Assembly (NCBI RefSeq): GCF_037042905.1
Contig: NC_087250.1
Span: 18,354,001 to 18,418,000 of the forward strand
Source of the DNA: Lytechinus pictus
Lineage: Eukaryota
Length of the DNA stretch: 64,000 bases
Direction of reading: 5' to 3'
In this document: positions 1 through 14,225 of the stretch, piece after piece
Numbering within the stretch: position 1 is the stretch's first letter
How the letters are laid out: every line of letters starts with the position of its first letter
The notes under the pieces: model-generated
The model's input: only the letters and a program-made list of their open reading frames with translations
The model's database searches: none
Told to the model about the DNA's origin: nothing
Translations under genes and position numbers: made by a program

Positions 1-127
1 AGCGAAATTTAAATATGTCATAACTTTCTTATTTTACATCCGATTTTGATGAAATTTTCAGTGTTATGTTTGTTGGATTTTTCTCTATTTATTCAAATCA
101 ACTTTTTCTTGGAGTGGACTTGTCCTT
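1..127. mobile_element. Right end of a Kolobok-like MITE inserted at a TTAA in the tandem-array unit (truncated by window start)
   Basis: Ends ...ggagtggacttgtcct(t) followed by TTAA at 128-131. Closely similar to the right end of the complete element at 21270-21869. Downstream gaaagtttatg matches the empty sites at 3387, 6649 and 30568. Confidence 0.75.
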
Positions 128-449
128 TTAAGAAAGTTTATGAAATGTTTAATTATAAAAAAGAATGTATTATATATATAAAAAAATATTTTCAATCAAA
201 TATTTTTTTATGTAATTGCAATTTAAATGTCATATTCACTTATTATTTAGATGTATCATTGAACTATGTGACTGAAAAACCAAATTTGACTGTATTTTTA
301 TTATATTCGATTATAAAATCATAGATAACTATCGATTTAAGGTTTATTAGTTTGCAGCCAGAGGAAATGATTTGCAATTTTCGTTTCATGTCAAAAGCGC
401 CACATCTTTTTAATAGACTTACAGACAAATGTAAGAGTACCAAAGCGAT

Positions 450-960
450 GACGTCAGTTGCCGTGGTGTCATGACGGCCTGGTTCTAAACAAATGAACCC
501 GCCAAATGAAGCGTGTGTTTCTCATAGGAGAAAATGGCTGCTATCGGAATTTGATCGCTTATAACCTATTTTTCAGACGAGCCAACTTTCATATACAAAT
601 GTTTATTTCCAATTCGTCTAATGCCAATTCGTCCAATTGCATATTCGTCCACTCACCACATGGTGTACTTTCATTTAATCTAATGGAATTCCATCTAATA
701 ACCTGCAGTTGGTCTAATAGCCATTTAGTCCCGCTTTTAGTCCATATACCATTAGGTCTAATTGTGTTAAATTTTGCTAAATGAATGAAAATGAAATGGA
801 TATTAGACCAACTGGTCATGTTGATGGACGGAATGGCAGTAGACTAAATGAAAGTAGACCATGTGGCGAGTGGACAAGTTAGCAGTAGACGAATTGGCAA
901 TTGTCAGCTGCGACTCTGTTTACAACCAGCCCGCCATGATACCATGGCAACTGACGTCAC
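450..960. mobile_element. MITE-like inverted-repeat element with a nested caattcgtc-repeat MITE (present in every array copy)
   Basis: tgacgtcagttgccgtggtgtcatgacggcctggttctaaaca (450-491) pairs with tgtttacaaccagcccgccatgataccatggcaactgacgtca (917-959). An internal inverted element with caattcgtc/gacgaattg subrepeats spans ~605-902. Confidence 0.6.
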
Positions 961-1877
961 ACTTCGGGACTCTACACTAATCTACTTAAAGGGGAACCTC
1001 ACCCTGACAATAAACTGGTCTAAATCAATAGCCAAAAATGGGGTAAAGTTTTTGATGGAAAATCAATCCAAGGATTAGAGTTGTGAAATTTTCTTTAAAT
1101 AAAGAGAATTTTGGTCTGGTATTCGGCAACTCTAATGACGGCCTTTCAGAATATGCACCCCCCATAAAAAAAAAAAAATATCTACATTTAACCCAAAGTT
1201 AGGTTTATGCCGGTTCATGTAACTCCAGCTAACACGATGAGCACGGATTGACACGTGAAAAAATACTTGGAATGAAAGCGTGTGCCCCTTTGGGAAGTAT
1301 TATACATTAATGCTCTTCTGCATTGAGTGGTCAATGAGCAAAAGGAGTTACAAAGCGTTAAAATGACTTATGTATAGTGATTGTGCTATCATATTATCAT
1401 GGTAGTCTGTCCCACGGATAATCGAGAATGAAAATATAAAGTTATGATATAGAAAAACATGTAACTTGTCTCTAATACCGATTGAAATTAAGAATATAGA
1501 ACAATAAGAGAGGAAAAACTATAGGAAATAAGGGGGATGTTTTTAATCGATTGTAATCTTTAATTAATAATAGATTATATCTAATGCAGTATCTTTTTAT
1601 TTCTTTCATTACGTAGTATTAACAAAGAGTCCAAAACGACAGTATGATGAAGGTTAATATAAATTTAAGTACAATTTATCAAATTTGTGTCCATTTTTGC
1701 GGAAAAGACAATTAAATATCGATATTTTGCTCTTTATGAAGTTTTACTTTATCATAAACTTGTTTATTTTTTTCCTTCATAATTATATACATAAAAAATT
1801 TACTAATGAAACAAGTATTACTGATAGAATATAAAAGTTTAAAAATTTTGATAAGGGAAGATTCTTTCATTCTCCCT

Positions 1878-2080
1878 TTAAAGGTAAATTCCAGTTTTGG
1901 TAAAGATCTCAAAATGACTTTTTACATAATCCAATCTAATGACCACCCAAGTGTCTGTTTGTATGAATAAAAAATATGTGCCAAAGGATTCTGGAAGAAA
2001 TTGTGTAATTGCTGAGAAATAAGCAAAATAAGCGCGGATTCGGGCACTTCCGTCGGGTCTTTATTCCAGCAATAATAATA
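1878..2080 (+). mobile_element. Truncated 5' end of a Kolobok-like MITE
   Basis: Starts TTAA+AGGTAAATTCCAG. Matches the longer copy at 34016-34410 until 2080, where it is replaced by a GC-rich segment. Confidence 0.65.
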
Positions 2081-2472
2081 TAGGCGGTGCTGCACCATCC
2101 CGAGTTTGCTCAACCTCGAGATTTTAGCCCGATCGGCCCTCTTCGTGATCAATCTCAAGATTCAAGAAACCCCGTCTCCACCATCCAGAAGAGCGATTCC
2201 CGCTCGAGCGAGGCAACAGGCCCGAAATTCCGAGCATGCGCACTTTCGGATCTTGGAGTTTCAACGGCGCGCGCTTTTGAATAACTTCCCGCGATAGGCA
2301 ATCAATGTACATACTCCTTTCACTGGCAGGCTTTCGCCGAATTCGACCGGTGTTATGCAACAATCCTCTCGCTCGGCCGCGCTCAGCGAGTGAAGAAGTG
2401 ATGTATTCTTCGTTAAATGATGGTTTTAATGTCATGGCGGAGAAGGAGGCAACGCTCACATTTTGCGAAGTG

Positions 2473-2772
2473 GGTTAACAAACGAACAATCACAATAAGT
2501 GGAATCTGTACAAAGACGAGCAATGCGTATAATCAACCCACAATTATCGTATACTGAGGCACTCAAAGAATTAAACTTAGAATTGTTATTCGACCGCAGG
2601 AAAATCATGTGTGAAAAGCAATTCCTCCAATTGTAAAAGTTAGATCATATCTTAAATAACCTCCTTCCATCAAAGAAAGAGTATAAGTATGATTTTAGGA
2701 ACAGAAAACAATTTCCCTTGCCAACGTGTACAAACAGAGTTTTATCCCCTGGTGTCTGTACAACCTTCAATA
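2473..2772 (+). mobile_element. 3' fragment of a CR1/L2-group LINE reverse transcriptase (dead; repeated at ~5733 and ~29665)
   Basis: Manual translation: VESVQRRAMRIINPQLSYTEALKELNLELLFDRRK...LNNLLPSKKEYKYDFRNRKQFPLPTCKTKRYKQSFIPW, with in-frame stops. The last part is intact only in the 29665 copy. Typical LINE RT C-terminus. Confidence 0.75.
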
Positions 2773-3386
2773 ACAAGAATAGTCTCTAGCGCATTAGACA
2801 ATGAGTTTGTTTATTACCCAGTTGAAAGGATCGAGCAGTCTCTTGATGTTATACATACATTTTTATATTTAAATATTGCGTATTCCCAGATTTGCTATCA
2901 TGTTAAGTCTGTATACTTGAGAGTGATACAATGTGTAATATCTTCCAGGTTCATTTTTTATGCTCCCTTCCCCTTTTCCTCCTCCTCTTCTCTCTCTCTC
3001 TCTCCTTCTTTTCTTTCTTTCTTTCCTCCTTTCTTCTCCTTTTTGACCCCTTACCCTTTTTCATACTCTCCAACCTCTTCTACTTCCTTTTTTTTCAACT
3101 TCCTTTTTTCTCTTCTTTTTCTTCTTCTGCTTCTTCATATTCATCTTCTTTTTCTTCTCCTTTCTTTTTTCTTTCTCATATTCCTTATTACTTTCTCCCC
3201 ATCTCGTCCTCCTTCCCATCCTATCCTAATTTATTCTGAATGGTCTGGTTTGACCATTTATAAAGAAATGCGGTTCAGGTTCAGGTATAACATTCTACCC
3301 TTTCAAATTTGTTAAATGCAATATTTTTTAGTATTATGAACATGCACAGTTATAAAAAAAATTTATATAAATATTTAGGCTATATT

Positions 3387-6300
3387 TTAAGAAAGTTTAT
3401 GAAATGATTAATTATAAAAAAGAATGTATTATATATAAAAAAAAAAAATTCAATCAAATATTTTTTTTATGTAATTATAATTTGAATGTCATATTTACTT
3501 ATATTATTTAGATGTATCCTTGAACTTTTTGACTGAAAAACCAAATTTGACTGTATTTTTATCATATTCGTGTATACAATTATAGATAACTATCGATTAA
3601 AGGTTTATTAATTTGCAGCCAGAGGAAATGATTTGCAATTTTCGTTTCATGTCAAAAGCGCCACCTTTTTTTAATAGACTTACAGACAAATGTAAGAGTA
3701 CCAAAGCGATGACGTCAGTTGCCGTGGTGTCATGACGGCCTGGTTCTAAACAAATGAACCCGCCAAATGAAGCGTGTGTTTCTCATAGAAGAAAATGGCT
3801 GCTATCGGAATTTGATCGCTTATAACCTATTTTTCAGACGAGCCAACTTTCATATACAAATGTTTATTTCCAATTCGTCTAATGCCAATTCGTCCAATTG
3901 CCTACTCGTCCACTCACCACATGGTGTACTTTCATTTAATCTAATGGAATGCCATCTAATAACCTGCAGTTGGTCTAATAGCCATTTAGTCCCGCTTTTA
4001 GTCCATATACCATTAGGTCTAATTGTGTTAAATTTTGCTAAATGAATGAAAATGAAATGGATATTAGACCAACTGGTCATGTTGATGGACGGAATGGCAG
4101 TAGACTAAATGAAAGTAGACCATGTGGCGAGTGGACAAGTTAGCAGTAGACGAATTGGCAATCGTCAGCTGCGACTCTGTTGACAACCAGCCCGCCATGA
4201 TACCATGGCAACTGACGTCACACTTCGGGACTCTACACTAATCTACTTAAAGGGGAACCTCACCCTGACAATAAACTGGTCTAAATCAATAGCCAAAAAT
4301 GGGGTAAAGTTTTTGATGGAAAATCAATCCAAGGATTAGAGTTGTGAAATTTTCTTTAAATAAAGAGAATTTTGGTCTGGTATTCGGCAACTCTAATGAC
4401 GGCCTTTCAGAATATGCACCCCCCATAAAAAAAAAAATATCTACATTTAACCCAAAGTTAGGTTTATGCCGGTTCATGTAACTCCAGCTAACACGATGAG
4501 CACGGATTGACACGTGAAAAAATACTTGGAATGAAAGCGTGTGCCCCTTTGGGAAGTATTATACATTAATGCTCTTCTGCATTGAGTGGTCAATGAGCAA
4601 AAGGAGTTACAAAGCGTTAAAATGACTTATGTATAGTGATTGTGCTATCATATTATCATGGTAGTCTGTCCCACGGATAATCGAGAATGAAAATATAAAG
4701 TTATGATATAGAAAAACATGTAACTTGTCTCTAATACCGATTGAAATTAAGAATATAGAACAATAAGAGAGGAAAAACTATAGGAAATAAGGGGGATGTT
4801 TTTAATCGATTGTAATCTTTAATTAATAATAGATTATATCTAATGCAGTATCTTTTTATTTCTTTCATTACGTAGTATTAACAAAGAGTCCAAAACGACA
4901 GTATGATGAAGGTTAATATAAATTTAAGTACAATTTATCAAATTTGTGTCCATTTTTGCGGAAAAGACAATTAAATATCGATATTTTGCTCTTTATGAAG
5001 TTTTACTTTATCATAAACTTGTTTATTTTTTTCCTTCATAATTATATACATAAAAAATTTACTATTGAAACAAGTATTACTGATAGAATATAAAAGTTTA
5101 AAAAATTTTGATAAGGGAATATTCTTTCATTCTCCCTTTAAAGGTAAATTCCAGTTTTGGTAAGGATCTCAAAATGACTTTTTACATAATCCAATCTAAT
5201 GACCACCCAAGTGTCTGTTTGTATGAATAAAAAATATGTGCCAAAGGATTCTGGAAGAAATTGTGTAATTGCTGAGAAATAAGCAAAATAATCGCGGATT
5301 CGGGCACTTCCGTCGGGTCTTTATTCCAGCAATAATAATATAGGCGGTGCTGCACCATCCCGAGTTTGCTCAACCTCGAGATTTTAGCCCGATCGGCCCT
5401 CTTCGTGATCAATCTCAAGATTCAAGAAACCCCGTCTCCACCATCCAGAAGAGCGATTCCCGCTCGAGCGAGGCAACAGGCCCGAAATTCCGAGCATGCG
5501 CACTTTCGGATCTTGGAGTTTCAACGGCGCGCGCTTTTGAATAACTTCCCGCGATAGGCAATCAATGTACATACTCCTTTCACTGGCAGGCTTTCGCCGA
5601 ATTCGACCGGTGTTATGCAACAATCCTCTCGCTCGGCCGCGCTCAGCGAGTGAAGAAGTGATGTATTCTTCGTTAAATGATGGTTTTAATGTCATGGCGG
5701 AGAAGGAGGCAACGCTCACATTTTGCGAAGTGGGTTAACAAACGAACAATCACAATAAGTGGAATCTGTACAAAGACGAGCAATGCGTATAATCAACCCA
5801 CAATTATCGTATACTGAGGCACTCAAAGAATTAAACTTAGAATTGTTATTCGACCGCAGGAAAATCATGTGTGAAAAGCAATTCCTCCAATTGTAAAAGT
5901 TAGATCATATCTTAAATAACCTCCTTCCATCAAAGAAAGAGTATAAGTATGATTTTAGGAACAGAAAACAATTTCCCTTGCCAACGTGTACAAACAGAGT
6001 TTTATCCCCTGGTGTCTGTACAACCTTCAATAACAAGAATAGTCTCTAGCGCATTAGACAATGAGTTTGTTTATTACCCAGTTGAAAGGATCGAGCAGTC
6101 TCTTGATGTTATACATACATTTTTATATTTAAATATTGCGTATTCCCAGATTTGCTATCATGTTAAGTCTGTATACTTGAAAGTGATACAATGTGTAATA
6201 TCTTCCAGGTTCATTTTTTATGCTCCCTTCCCCTTTTCCTCCTCCTCCTCTCTCTCTCTCTCCTTCTTTTCTTTCTTTCTTTCCTCCTTTCTTCTCCTTT

Positions 6301-6648
6301 TTGACCCCTTACCCTTTTTCATACTCTCCAACCTCTTTCTACTTCCTTTTTTTTCAACTTCCTTTTTTTCTCTTCTTTTTCTTCTTCTGCTTCTTCATAT
6401 TCATCTTCTTTTTCTTCTCCTTTCTTTTTTCTTTCTCATATTCTTTATTACTTTCTCCCCATCTTGTCCTCCTTCCCATCCTATCCTAATTTATTCTGAA
6501 TGGTCTGGTTTGACCATTTATAAAGAAATGCGGTTCAGGTTCAGGTATAACATTCTACCCTTTCAAATTTGTTAAATGCAATATTTTTTAATATTACATA
6601 CATGCACAGATAAATAATTTTTATTCATATAAATATTTAGGCTATATT
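3387..6648 (+). repeat. Tandem array unit, copy 2 (~3.26 kb, empty)
   Basis: Direct near-identity to copy 1. Confidence 0.95.
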
Positions 6649-8063
6649 TTAAGAAAGTTTATGAAATGATTAATTATAAAAAAAAATGTATTATATATAT
6701 AAAAAATACTTTCAATCAAATATTTTTTATGTAATTATAATTTGAATGTCATATTTACTTATATTATTTAGATGTATCCTTGAACTTTGTGACTGAAAAA
6801 CCAAATTTGACTGTATTTTTATCATATTCGTGTATACAATTATAGATAACTATCGATTAAAGGTTTATTAATTTGCAGCCAGAGGAAATGATTTGCAATT
6901 TTCGTTTCATGTCAAAAGCGCCACATCTTTTTAATAGACTTACAGACAAATGTAAGAGTACCGAAGCGATTACGTCAGTTGCCATGGTGTCATGACGGCC
7001 TGGTTCTAAACAAATGAACCCGCCAAATGAAGCGTGTGTTTCTCATAGGAGAAAATGGCTGCTATCGGAATTTGATCGCTTATAACATATTTTTCAGACG
7101 AGCCAACTTTCATATACAAATGTTTATTTCCAATTCGTCTTATGCCAATTCGTCCAATTGCCTACTCGTCTACTATCATTTGGTCTACCATCAGTTCGTC
7201 CACTCACCACATGGTGTACTTTCATTAAATCTAATGGAATTCCATCTAATAACCTGCAGTTGGTCCAATAGCCATTTAGTCCCGCTTTTAGTCCATATAC
7301 CATTAAGTCTAATTGGACCAAGTGTTAAATTTTGCAAAATGAATGAAAATGAAATGGATATTAGACCAACTGGTCATGTTGACGGACGGAATGGCAGTAG
7401 ACTAAATGAAAGTAGACCATGTGGCGAGTGGACAAGTTAGCAGTAGACGAATTGGCAATCGTCAGCTGCGACTCAGTTTACTACCAGCCCGCCATGATAC
7501 CATGGCAACTGACGTCACACTTCGGGACTCTACACTAATCTACTTAGAGGGGAACCTCACCCTGACAATAAACTGGTCTAAATCAATAGCCAAAAATGGG
7601 GTAAAGTTTTTGATGGAAAATCAATCCAAGGATTAGAGTTGTGAAATTTTCTTTAAATAAAGAGAATTTTGGTCTGGTATTCGGCAACTCTAATGACGGC
7701 CTTTCAGAATATGCACCCCCCTTAAAAAAAAATATCTACATTTAACCCAAAGTTAGGTTTATGCCGGTTCATGTAACTCCAGCTAACACGATGAGCACGG
7801 ATTGACACGTGAAAAAATACTTGGAATGAAAGCGTGTGCCCCTTTGGGAAGTATTATACATTAATGCTCTTCTGCATTGAGTGGTCAATGAGCAAAAGGA
7901 GTTACAAAGCGTTAAAATGACTTATGTATAGTGATTGTGCTATCATATTATCATGGTAGTCTGTCCCACGGATAATCGAGAATGAAAATATAAAGTTATG
8001 ATATAGAAAAACATGTAACTTGTCTCTAATACCGATTGAAATTAAGAATATAGAACAATAAGA

Positions 8064-11000
8064 TAGTCGATTTGACATTTTCCGAACCTAGAAATTTTCT
8101 TTCTGATGAAGTTTTTTTCTTGATTCGTGTTCCTATGGGGTCCTAGAACAAATTCAGCTTGGTTGCCCAAAGTTGCCGTTTGGGCAATTTCGCTAATTTG
8201 CATAAATCCAAAATGGCCGCCAGATGCCATCTTGAAAACCTAACTTTTGAACCCCTTTCCACAAAATGATGAGTAATGACTCGTTTTAGGGGTTTAGAGA
8301 TGTGTAGAACCGATTTCTGGAATCGTTTTCGCAATATAAGGTCATCTTCAGGTCAAATCCAAGATGGCCGCCAGATGCCATCTTGAAAAATTAAAGTTGA
8401 ACCCCTTGCCCCAGAATGATGAGTAATACCTTTGTTTAGGGTTTTTTGGGTGTGTAGAATCCATTTATGCTGTCTATTTTGCTATATAATGTCATCTTCA
8501 GGTCAAATCCAAGATGGCCGCCATATAACGCCATCTTGAAAAATCAATTTTTTAACCCTTTGCCCCAGAATCCTGAATAATAACTCTTTCATGAGTCATT
8601 TGGTATGTTGATTCAATTTATGCTGTAATTTTGCCTAAAAGGATAATCTTCAGATCAAATCCATGATGGCCGCCAACAGCGATCTTGAAAAAAATTACTT
8701 TCCGAGGCTTATGCATGTAAGAGCTAATGTAAAGGGATTTCAGTAAGAATACCCATTTCTTGTATTCTCAATTTTTAGTATAAGGGGAAGTCACATCTGA
8801 GATGTCAGTTTTCGACATTAACTGCTCACCTTAGAATGAATCCTCTTTAGGTTTGGGCTATGATCCATTTCGCGTGCATATTTATTGTTTTTAATGTCCA
8901 TCCATACTTTTGTACTGAAGAGGCTTTAGAGTCTTATTTGAATTTGAAAGTGTTTTCTCAATATTTTTTTCTAAATCAATGTGTCCAATGATTGGTAGGC
9001 ATCAGTTCCCCTTTTAATAAAACACGATGGTGTAGCGCTAGGTCTTACAATTTCGAGAGTGACTGTAGAGCTCCACCCTAGAGTGGCAGTATCTATAGCA
9101 AATGTGTACAGATGAAGGAGGATGGCGCTGAGACATGTTTAGATAGAAATGCTGCCCTAGCCTTCCTCCTAGGTCTTTGGTCTGCCAATTTAGCATACCG
9201 ATTATTTTCTGACGTCTTGACCCCTTTACTTATACGTAGCTCTCCATAGAATGGCGACTATCATCTACATCTTCACAGGTGTTCTTGTCTATGCCGGCAA
9301 GTTTTATGTCACATTTGCAGGTGTCTCTATAACGGAGGTGTGATCTACCGATGGGGGTGAGACCAATCACACAGCTCACCTTACCTTGGCGACCTTACCT
9401 TGGCGAATCCAAGAAAGGATTCGCCAAGGTTTCATGCGGCGAACATGTCCCAACCACTTGAGGTGACTTTGACTATAAGGAGCGAGAATAAGCTGGGGAT
9501 GCCAGCACTTACACTGAAGGGCGTCTGTATTTTTCACTTTGTCCTGCCCTTTAATGTGCATGATACGTCCGAGGTAGCTGACATGGAAGGTGTTTAGCCG
9601 CTTTTCTTGGTCGGCGTACGTTTTCAAGGACTTACTTCCGTACAGGAGCTTGGCCATGACTGACAGAATTTACTATTCCGGTGCTTATATACTTGTCCAG
9701 TGAAAGGGAGCTACATGTATGTAGTCGATCCAAGGTAGGTGAGGAGTCCACCACAAACAGACGAGTGCGTGCTGTTGATATAGATATCTGGAGGACAGTC
9801 AGTCTTGAGTCGATCAGGATTTCTGTCTCACAGGCTGATGGGTGATCCAAACTCCTTACATGCACAGGACAGGCAGCTGTTATGTATGACTAGGTCTTGT
9901 ACTCTCACCTCTTGAGAGGCAGGGGCGACATCGTTTCCGTACAACATTTCACGAATGAGATCCATCCTGACCATGGAACAGTCTTGGGGGAGCCTATCTT
10001 CTGCAGGAGGCTAAATAGTGCACTCCTGCTGACCAAGTCAATGGCTCTTGTCAGGAGGAAAAGTCCAATGATAATTATAAAGAAAGTTAATAAGTTAACT
10101 AATTTTTTGAAAAAATACGGAGTGATCACTTTTTATTTCAAATAATACTTTAAAGTCCTTTCACTGGAAAAGTATGGTTGGACAGAAATAAAAAAAGGAT
10201 TAGAACTCCTGAAATCATAGCCAAAGCCTTGAATGGTTTCATTCTAAAGTAAGCGGTTAATGACGAAATCTATCAACCATCTGATCATCTTAGACGTGAC
10301 TTGACCTCGAACTAAAAATGGAGTGATTAAAAGAAATGAATCATTCTCACTGAAATCCCCTTACATGAGCTCCCATACATAATAGTAACCTTATTAGGGA
10401 GAGTACTTCTTCAAGGTTCGATAGTCTCGGGAAATATATATTTTTTCTTAATATGGCGTTTAGCGGCCATGTTTGATTATTTTGACCTGGAGATGATGAT
10501 CATGATATATTGTAAAATTATTTAGAGAAATGGAATCAACATACCAAATAACTCGCGAAAAGAGGGACAAAAACGTGAGAATTAATAAAAGAAATGAGTA
10601 TTCTCATACTGAAATCCCTTTACATAAGCTCTTACACTTATAAGCCACGGAAAGTAATTTTTCAAGATGGCGGTAGGCGGCCATATTGGATTTGATCTGA
10701 AGATTATCCTTTATGCAAAATTACAGCATGAATTGAATCAAACATACCAAATGACTCACGAATAGAGTTATTATTCATGATTCTGGGGCAAATGGTTCAA
10801 AAGTTGATATTTCAAGATGGCGTCATATGGCGGCCATCTTGGATTTGACCCGAAGATAACATTATATTGCAAAATAGAAAGCAGAAATGGATTCTACACA
10901 CCCCAAAACCCCTAAACAGAGGTATTACTCGTCATTCTGGGGCAAGGGGATCAAAAGTCAATTTTTCAAGATGGCATCTGGCGCCATCTTGGATTTGACC

Positions 11001-11301
11001 TGAAGATGACCTTATATTGCAAAAATGGTTCCAAAAATCGGTTCTACACACATCTAAACCCCTAAAACGAGTCATTACTCATCATTTTGTGGAAAGGGGT
11101 TCAAAAGTTAGGTTTTCAAGATGGCATCTGGCGGCCATTTTGGATTTATGCAAATTAGCAAAATTGCCCAAACGGCAACTTTGGGCAACCAAGCTGAATT
11201 TGTTCTAGGACCCCATAGGAACACGAATCAAGAAAAAAACTTCATCGGAAAGAACATTTCTAGGGTGGTGTATTGAGCCTATAGGACTGTCAAATCGACT
11301 A
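8064..11301. mobile_element. 3238-bp non-autonomous TIR DNA transposon (TAGTC...GACTA termini, 3-bp TSD; Academ-like)
   Basis: Perfect 14-bp TIR tagtcgatttgaca/tgtcaaatcgacta and ~700-bp imperfect inverted arms with 150-bp subrepeats. TSD AGA (8061-8063/11302-11304); empty site acaataAGAgagg in copies 1, 2 and 4. Confidence 0.9.
9200..10065 (-). mobile_element. Degenerate RTE-clade LINE RT fragment inside the 8064-11301 element
   Basis: Minus-strand peptides IDLVSRSALFSLLQKIGSP (KAFD region), IREMLYGND (decayed YADD) and LLYGSKS..YADQEKRLNTFH...LKWLGHVRRM. Frameshifted. Confidence 0.8.
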
Positions 11302-13067
11302 AGAGAGGAAAAACTATAGGAAATAAGGGGGATGTTTTTAATCGATTGTAATCTTTAATTAATAATAGATTATATCTAATGCAGTATCTTTTTATTTCTT
11401 TCATTACGTAGTATTAACAAAGAGTCCAAAACGACAGTATGATGAAGGTTAATATAAATTTAAGTACAATTTATCAAATTTGTGTCCATTTTTGCGGAAA
11501 AGACAATTAAATATCGATATTTTGCTCTTTATGAAGTTTTACTTTATCATAAACTTGTTTATTTTTTTCCTTCATAATTATATACAATAAAAAATTTACT
11601 ATTGAAACAAGTATTACTGATAGAAAATAAAAGTTTAAAAAATTTTGATAAGGGAAGATTCTTTCATTCTCCCTTTAAAGGTAAATTCCAGTTTTGGTAA
11701 GGATCTCAAAATGACTTTTTACATAATCCAATCTAATGACCACCCAAGTGTCTGTTTGTATGAATAAAAAATATGTGCCAAAGGATTCTGGAAGAAATTG
11801 TGTAATTGCTGAGAAATAAGCAAAATAAGCGCGGATTCGGGCACTTCCGTCGGGTCTTTATTCCAGCAATAATAATATAGGCGGTGCTGCACCATCCCGA
11901 GTTTGCTCAACCTCGAGATTTTAGCCCGATCGGCCCTCTTCGTGATCAATCTCAAGATTCAAGAAACCCCGTCTCCACCATCCAGAAGAGCGATTCCCGC
12001 TCGAGCGTAGTCTAGTTCTAGACGATATTAAACGAATCTATTTGCACCGCGATATACGTTCTATTCCGTGCGTACGCCCAGCCGAGTGTGCGCGCAAAAC
12101 CGAGAACCTGTACTCCGAGAAATATTAAACGAATCTATTTGCACCGCGATATACGTTCTATTCCGTGCGTACGCCCAGCCGAGTGTGCGCGCAAAACCGA
12201 GAACCTGTACTCCGAGAAAATATCGTCTAGAACAGTTGCTCAGCGGTGACGTCACTCCCTCAGATTTTTGAGGGAAAGTCGTTAAAAGTGGACACGCCTC
12301 CCGTTCAGCCACTAGTCTTTGTTAACAGCAAGGAAGATTACTGGGTTGAGAAATATGGTGTGATCTACCGATGAAATGAATATCAATTACCTAAAAAGGG
12401 ACTTTTTGTTATAAATAATTGATAAAAGAAATCAAATTAAACACACAAAAACATAAAAAATGAATCGTATCGTATATGTTTCCCCTGATACCTACAACAT
12501 TGGTTATAAGCGTAGACTATCGTATGGCATACATAATCAATCGGATCGCACAAAGCAGCACAACATAAGCCATAGACTTGTGTACAGTACCGTGCTGTTG
12601 TATCAGGGAGACTCCCAATTCCCTGGTTGTATTGTGTATTGTATACAGCGCGCGGTTTTCAAATTCATTTTCTTGCGATCTTCAAAGTCGTTATTTCCAA
12701 CTGTTTAGACATATGCATGATGGAATCTCTGACAGCATGACGTTCATTTCCCGTCGCCATCACACCATATATGAAAAAACAAACGAAGATAAGTGATCTA
12801 GACCTCAATTTGTATGCACTAGCTGATTTGGTAAACACGCAAGAAACTGAATTTATTATATAGAATTAGGTTTATTCATTATTTTCACTTCAAGAACAAA
12901 AAACAGTTGAATTGACAACTGATTTAGTCCATTAGATATTCTTTGCTACATCTTATCTCATTAGAAGGGAGACATATCATTCACACTTGTATGAAAAAAT
13001 GAAATAATTCTGATTCCATGTAATAACACAAGAAACAGGATAGTGGGGATGTGAAATCTTCAACCCA

Positions 13068-13387
13068 CATGGGCGGAAATCCCAGAGGGGACAGGGGGAC
13101 GTGTCCCCCTTGAAAAATAGTAGGGGGACACAATATCAAATGTCCCCCTACTATTTTGGTCTTTCATGGAGAAAAATACATCACTTCACAATAGAAATAA
13201 TACATGTATTTTGGACTAAATGACCTTATATTTTGGGTGAAAACCCTTTTTTGTGGGGGGGGGGGGAGGTTGTCAAATTTTGTTAGGGTTAAAATGTCCT
13301 TACATTTAGGGTGATAACCTTTTTTTTGTTTGTCAAATTTTACAGGCCCGCGGTACCCCTACATTTGAGGACAGATTTCCGCCCATG
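13068..13387. mobile_element. hAT-like MITE (320 bp)
   Basis: TIR catgggcggaaatc/gatttccgcccatg; 8-bp TSD TCAACCCA (13060-13067, 13388-13395). Confidence 0.88.
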
Positions 13388-14225
13388 TCAACCCACCTAT
13401 TAAATATATCAATGACGACATGCATATCACCATTTTCATAAAATATTGCTAAACTTTAGAATTAAATAACTTAACTATTTGTTATCAGATTTTCATAAAA
13501 TGTATTTAATTCGAAAAAATGTATTTAAAGTATACACACAAAGAAAATTCACGAAAGTGATGATTATAGACAAATTATATATGAATGGAAAGGTCTTGTC
13601 TTTTTATACACAAATATGTCACTAAAAAGTCTTATCGATGTCGTGGAAATGCAAGAAATGAAATTATTAGAGACCATTCTAAGCCCCCCAGCCGCCCCCC
13701 AGACCGACAGTTCACGCAGTGAAAACAGTCGAGAATAATGACGTCACACAATAATCGAGCTCATCATCCCTCTGTGCATAATACACTGAATCACCTTACT
13801 GACCTCTTCAATATCTTCCGAATTTACCGTTTTCTTCATGTAATGTGACATCCGAATTCTGTTTTCGACAACTTCAGACTATAAGGGAACCAGAACTGTG
13901 TTATTTTGCCCGTTTTTTATTGAATTGTGAACTGGAAAGATCGATTTTGTCCACTCGACAGTCTTCGTTGTGTTGCTCTACTAACTATTGAAAAACTCCA
14001 AGCTGCACGGTCCCATTCACTTGCTCCCGATGCATGTTGCAGGCTACGCTGTTTGATCCAGTCAAAAGTCAAGGTAAGCATGTTTGGAAACTGTACTTGT
14101 TCTGACGATGCATTCAGGTCAGATGACAGATACAGATCTGATATAAGTTTAGAATCATGCATTTTGGCATAACTACTATTAAAATTAAAAAGTTTTTATT
14201 TTAGAAATAATGTTTTTGTACAATT

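Larger units (their letters stand above)
128..3386 (+). repeat. Tandem array unit, copy 1 (~3.26 kb, empty)
   Basis: Near-identical to 3387-6648. The same spurious ORFs recur at about +3260 (e.g. 2124/5384, 2689/5949). Confidence 0.95.

Noticed and set aside
2689..3315. 208-aa hydrophobic ORF repeated in the array
   Set aside because: Off-frame LINE tail plus a pyrimidine-rich low-complexity tract; the frame differs between copies.
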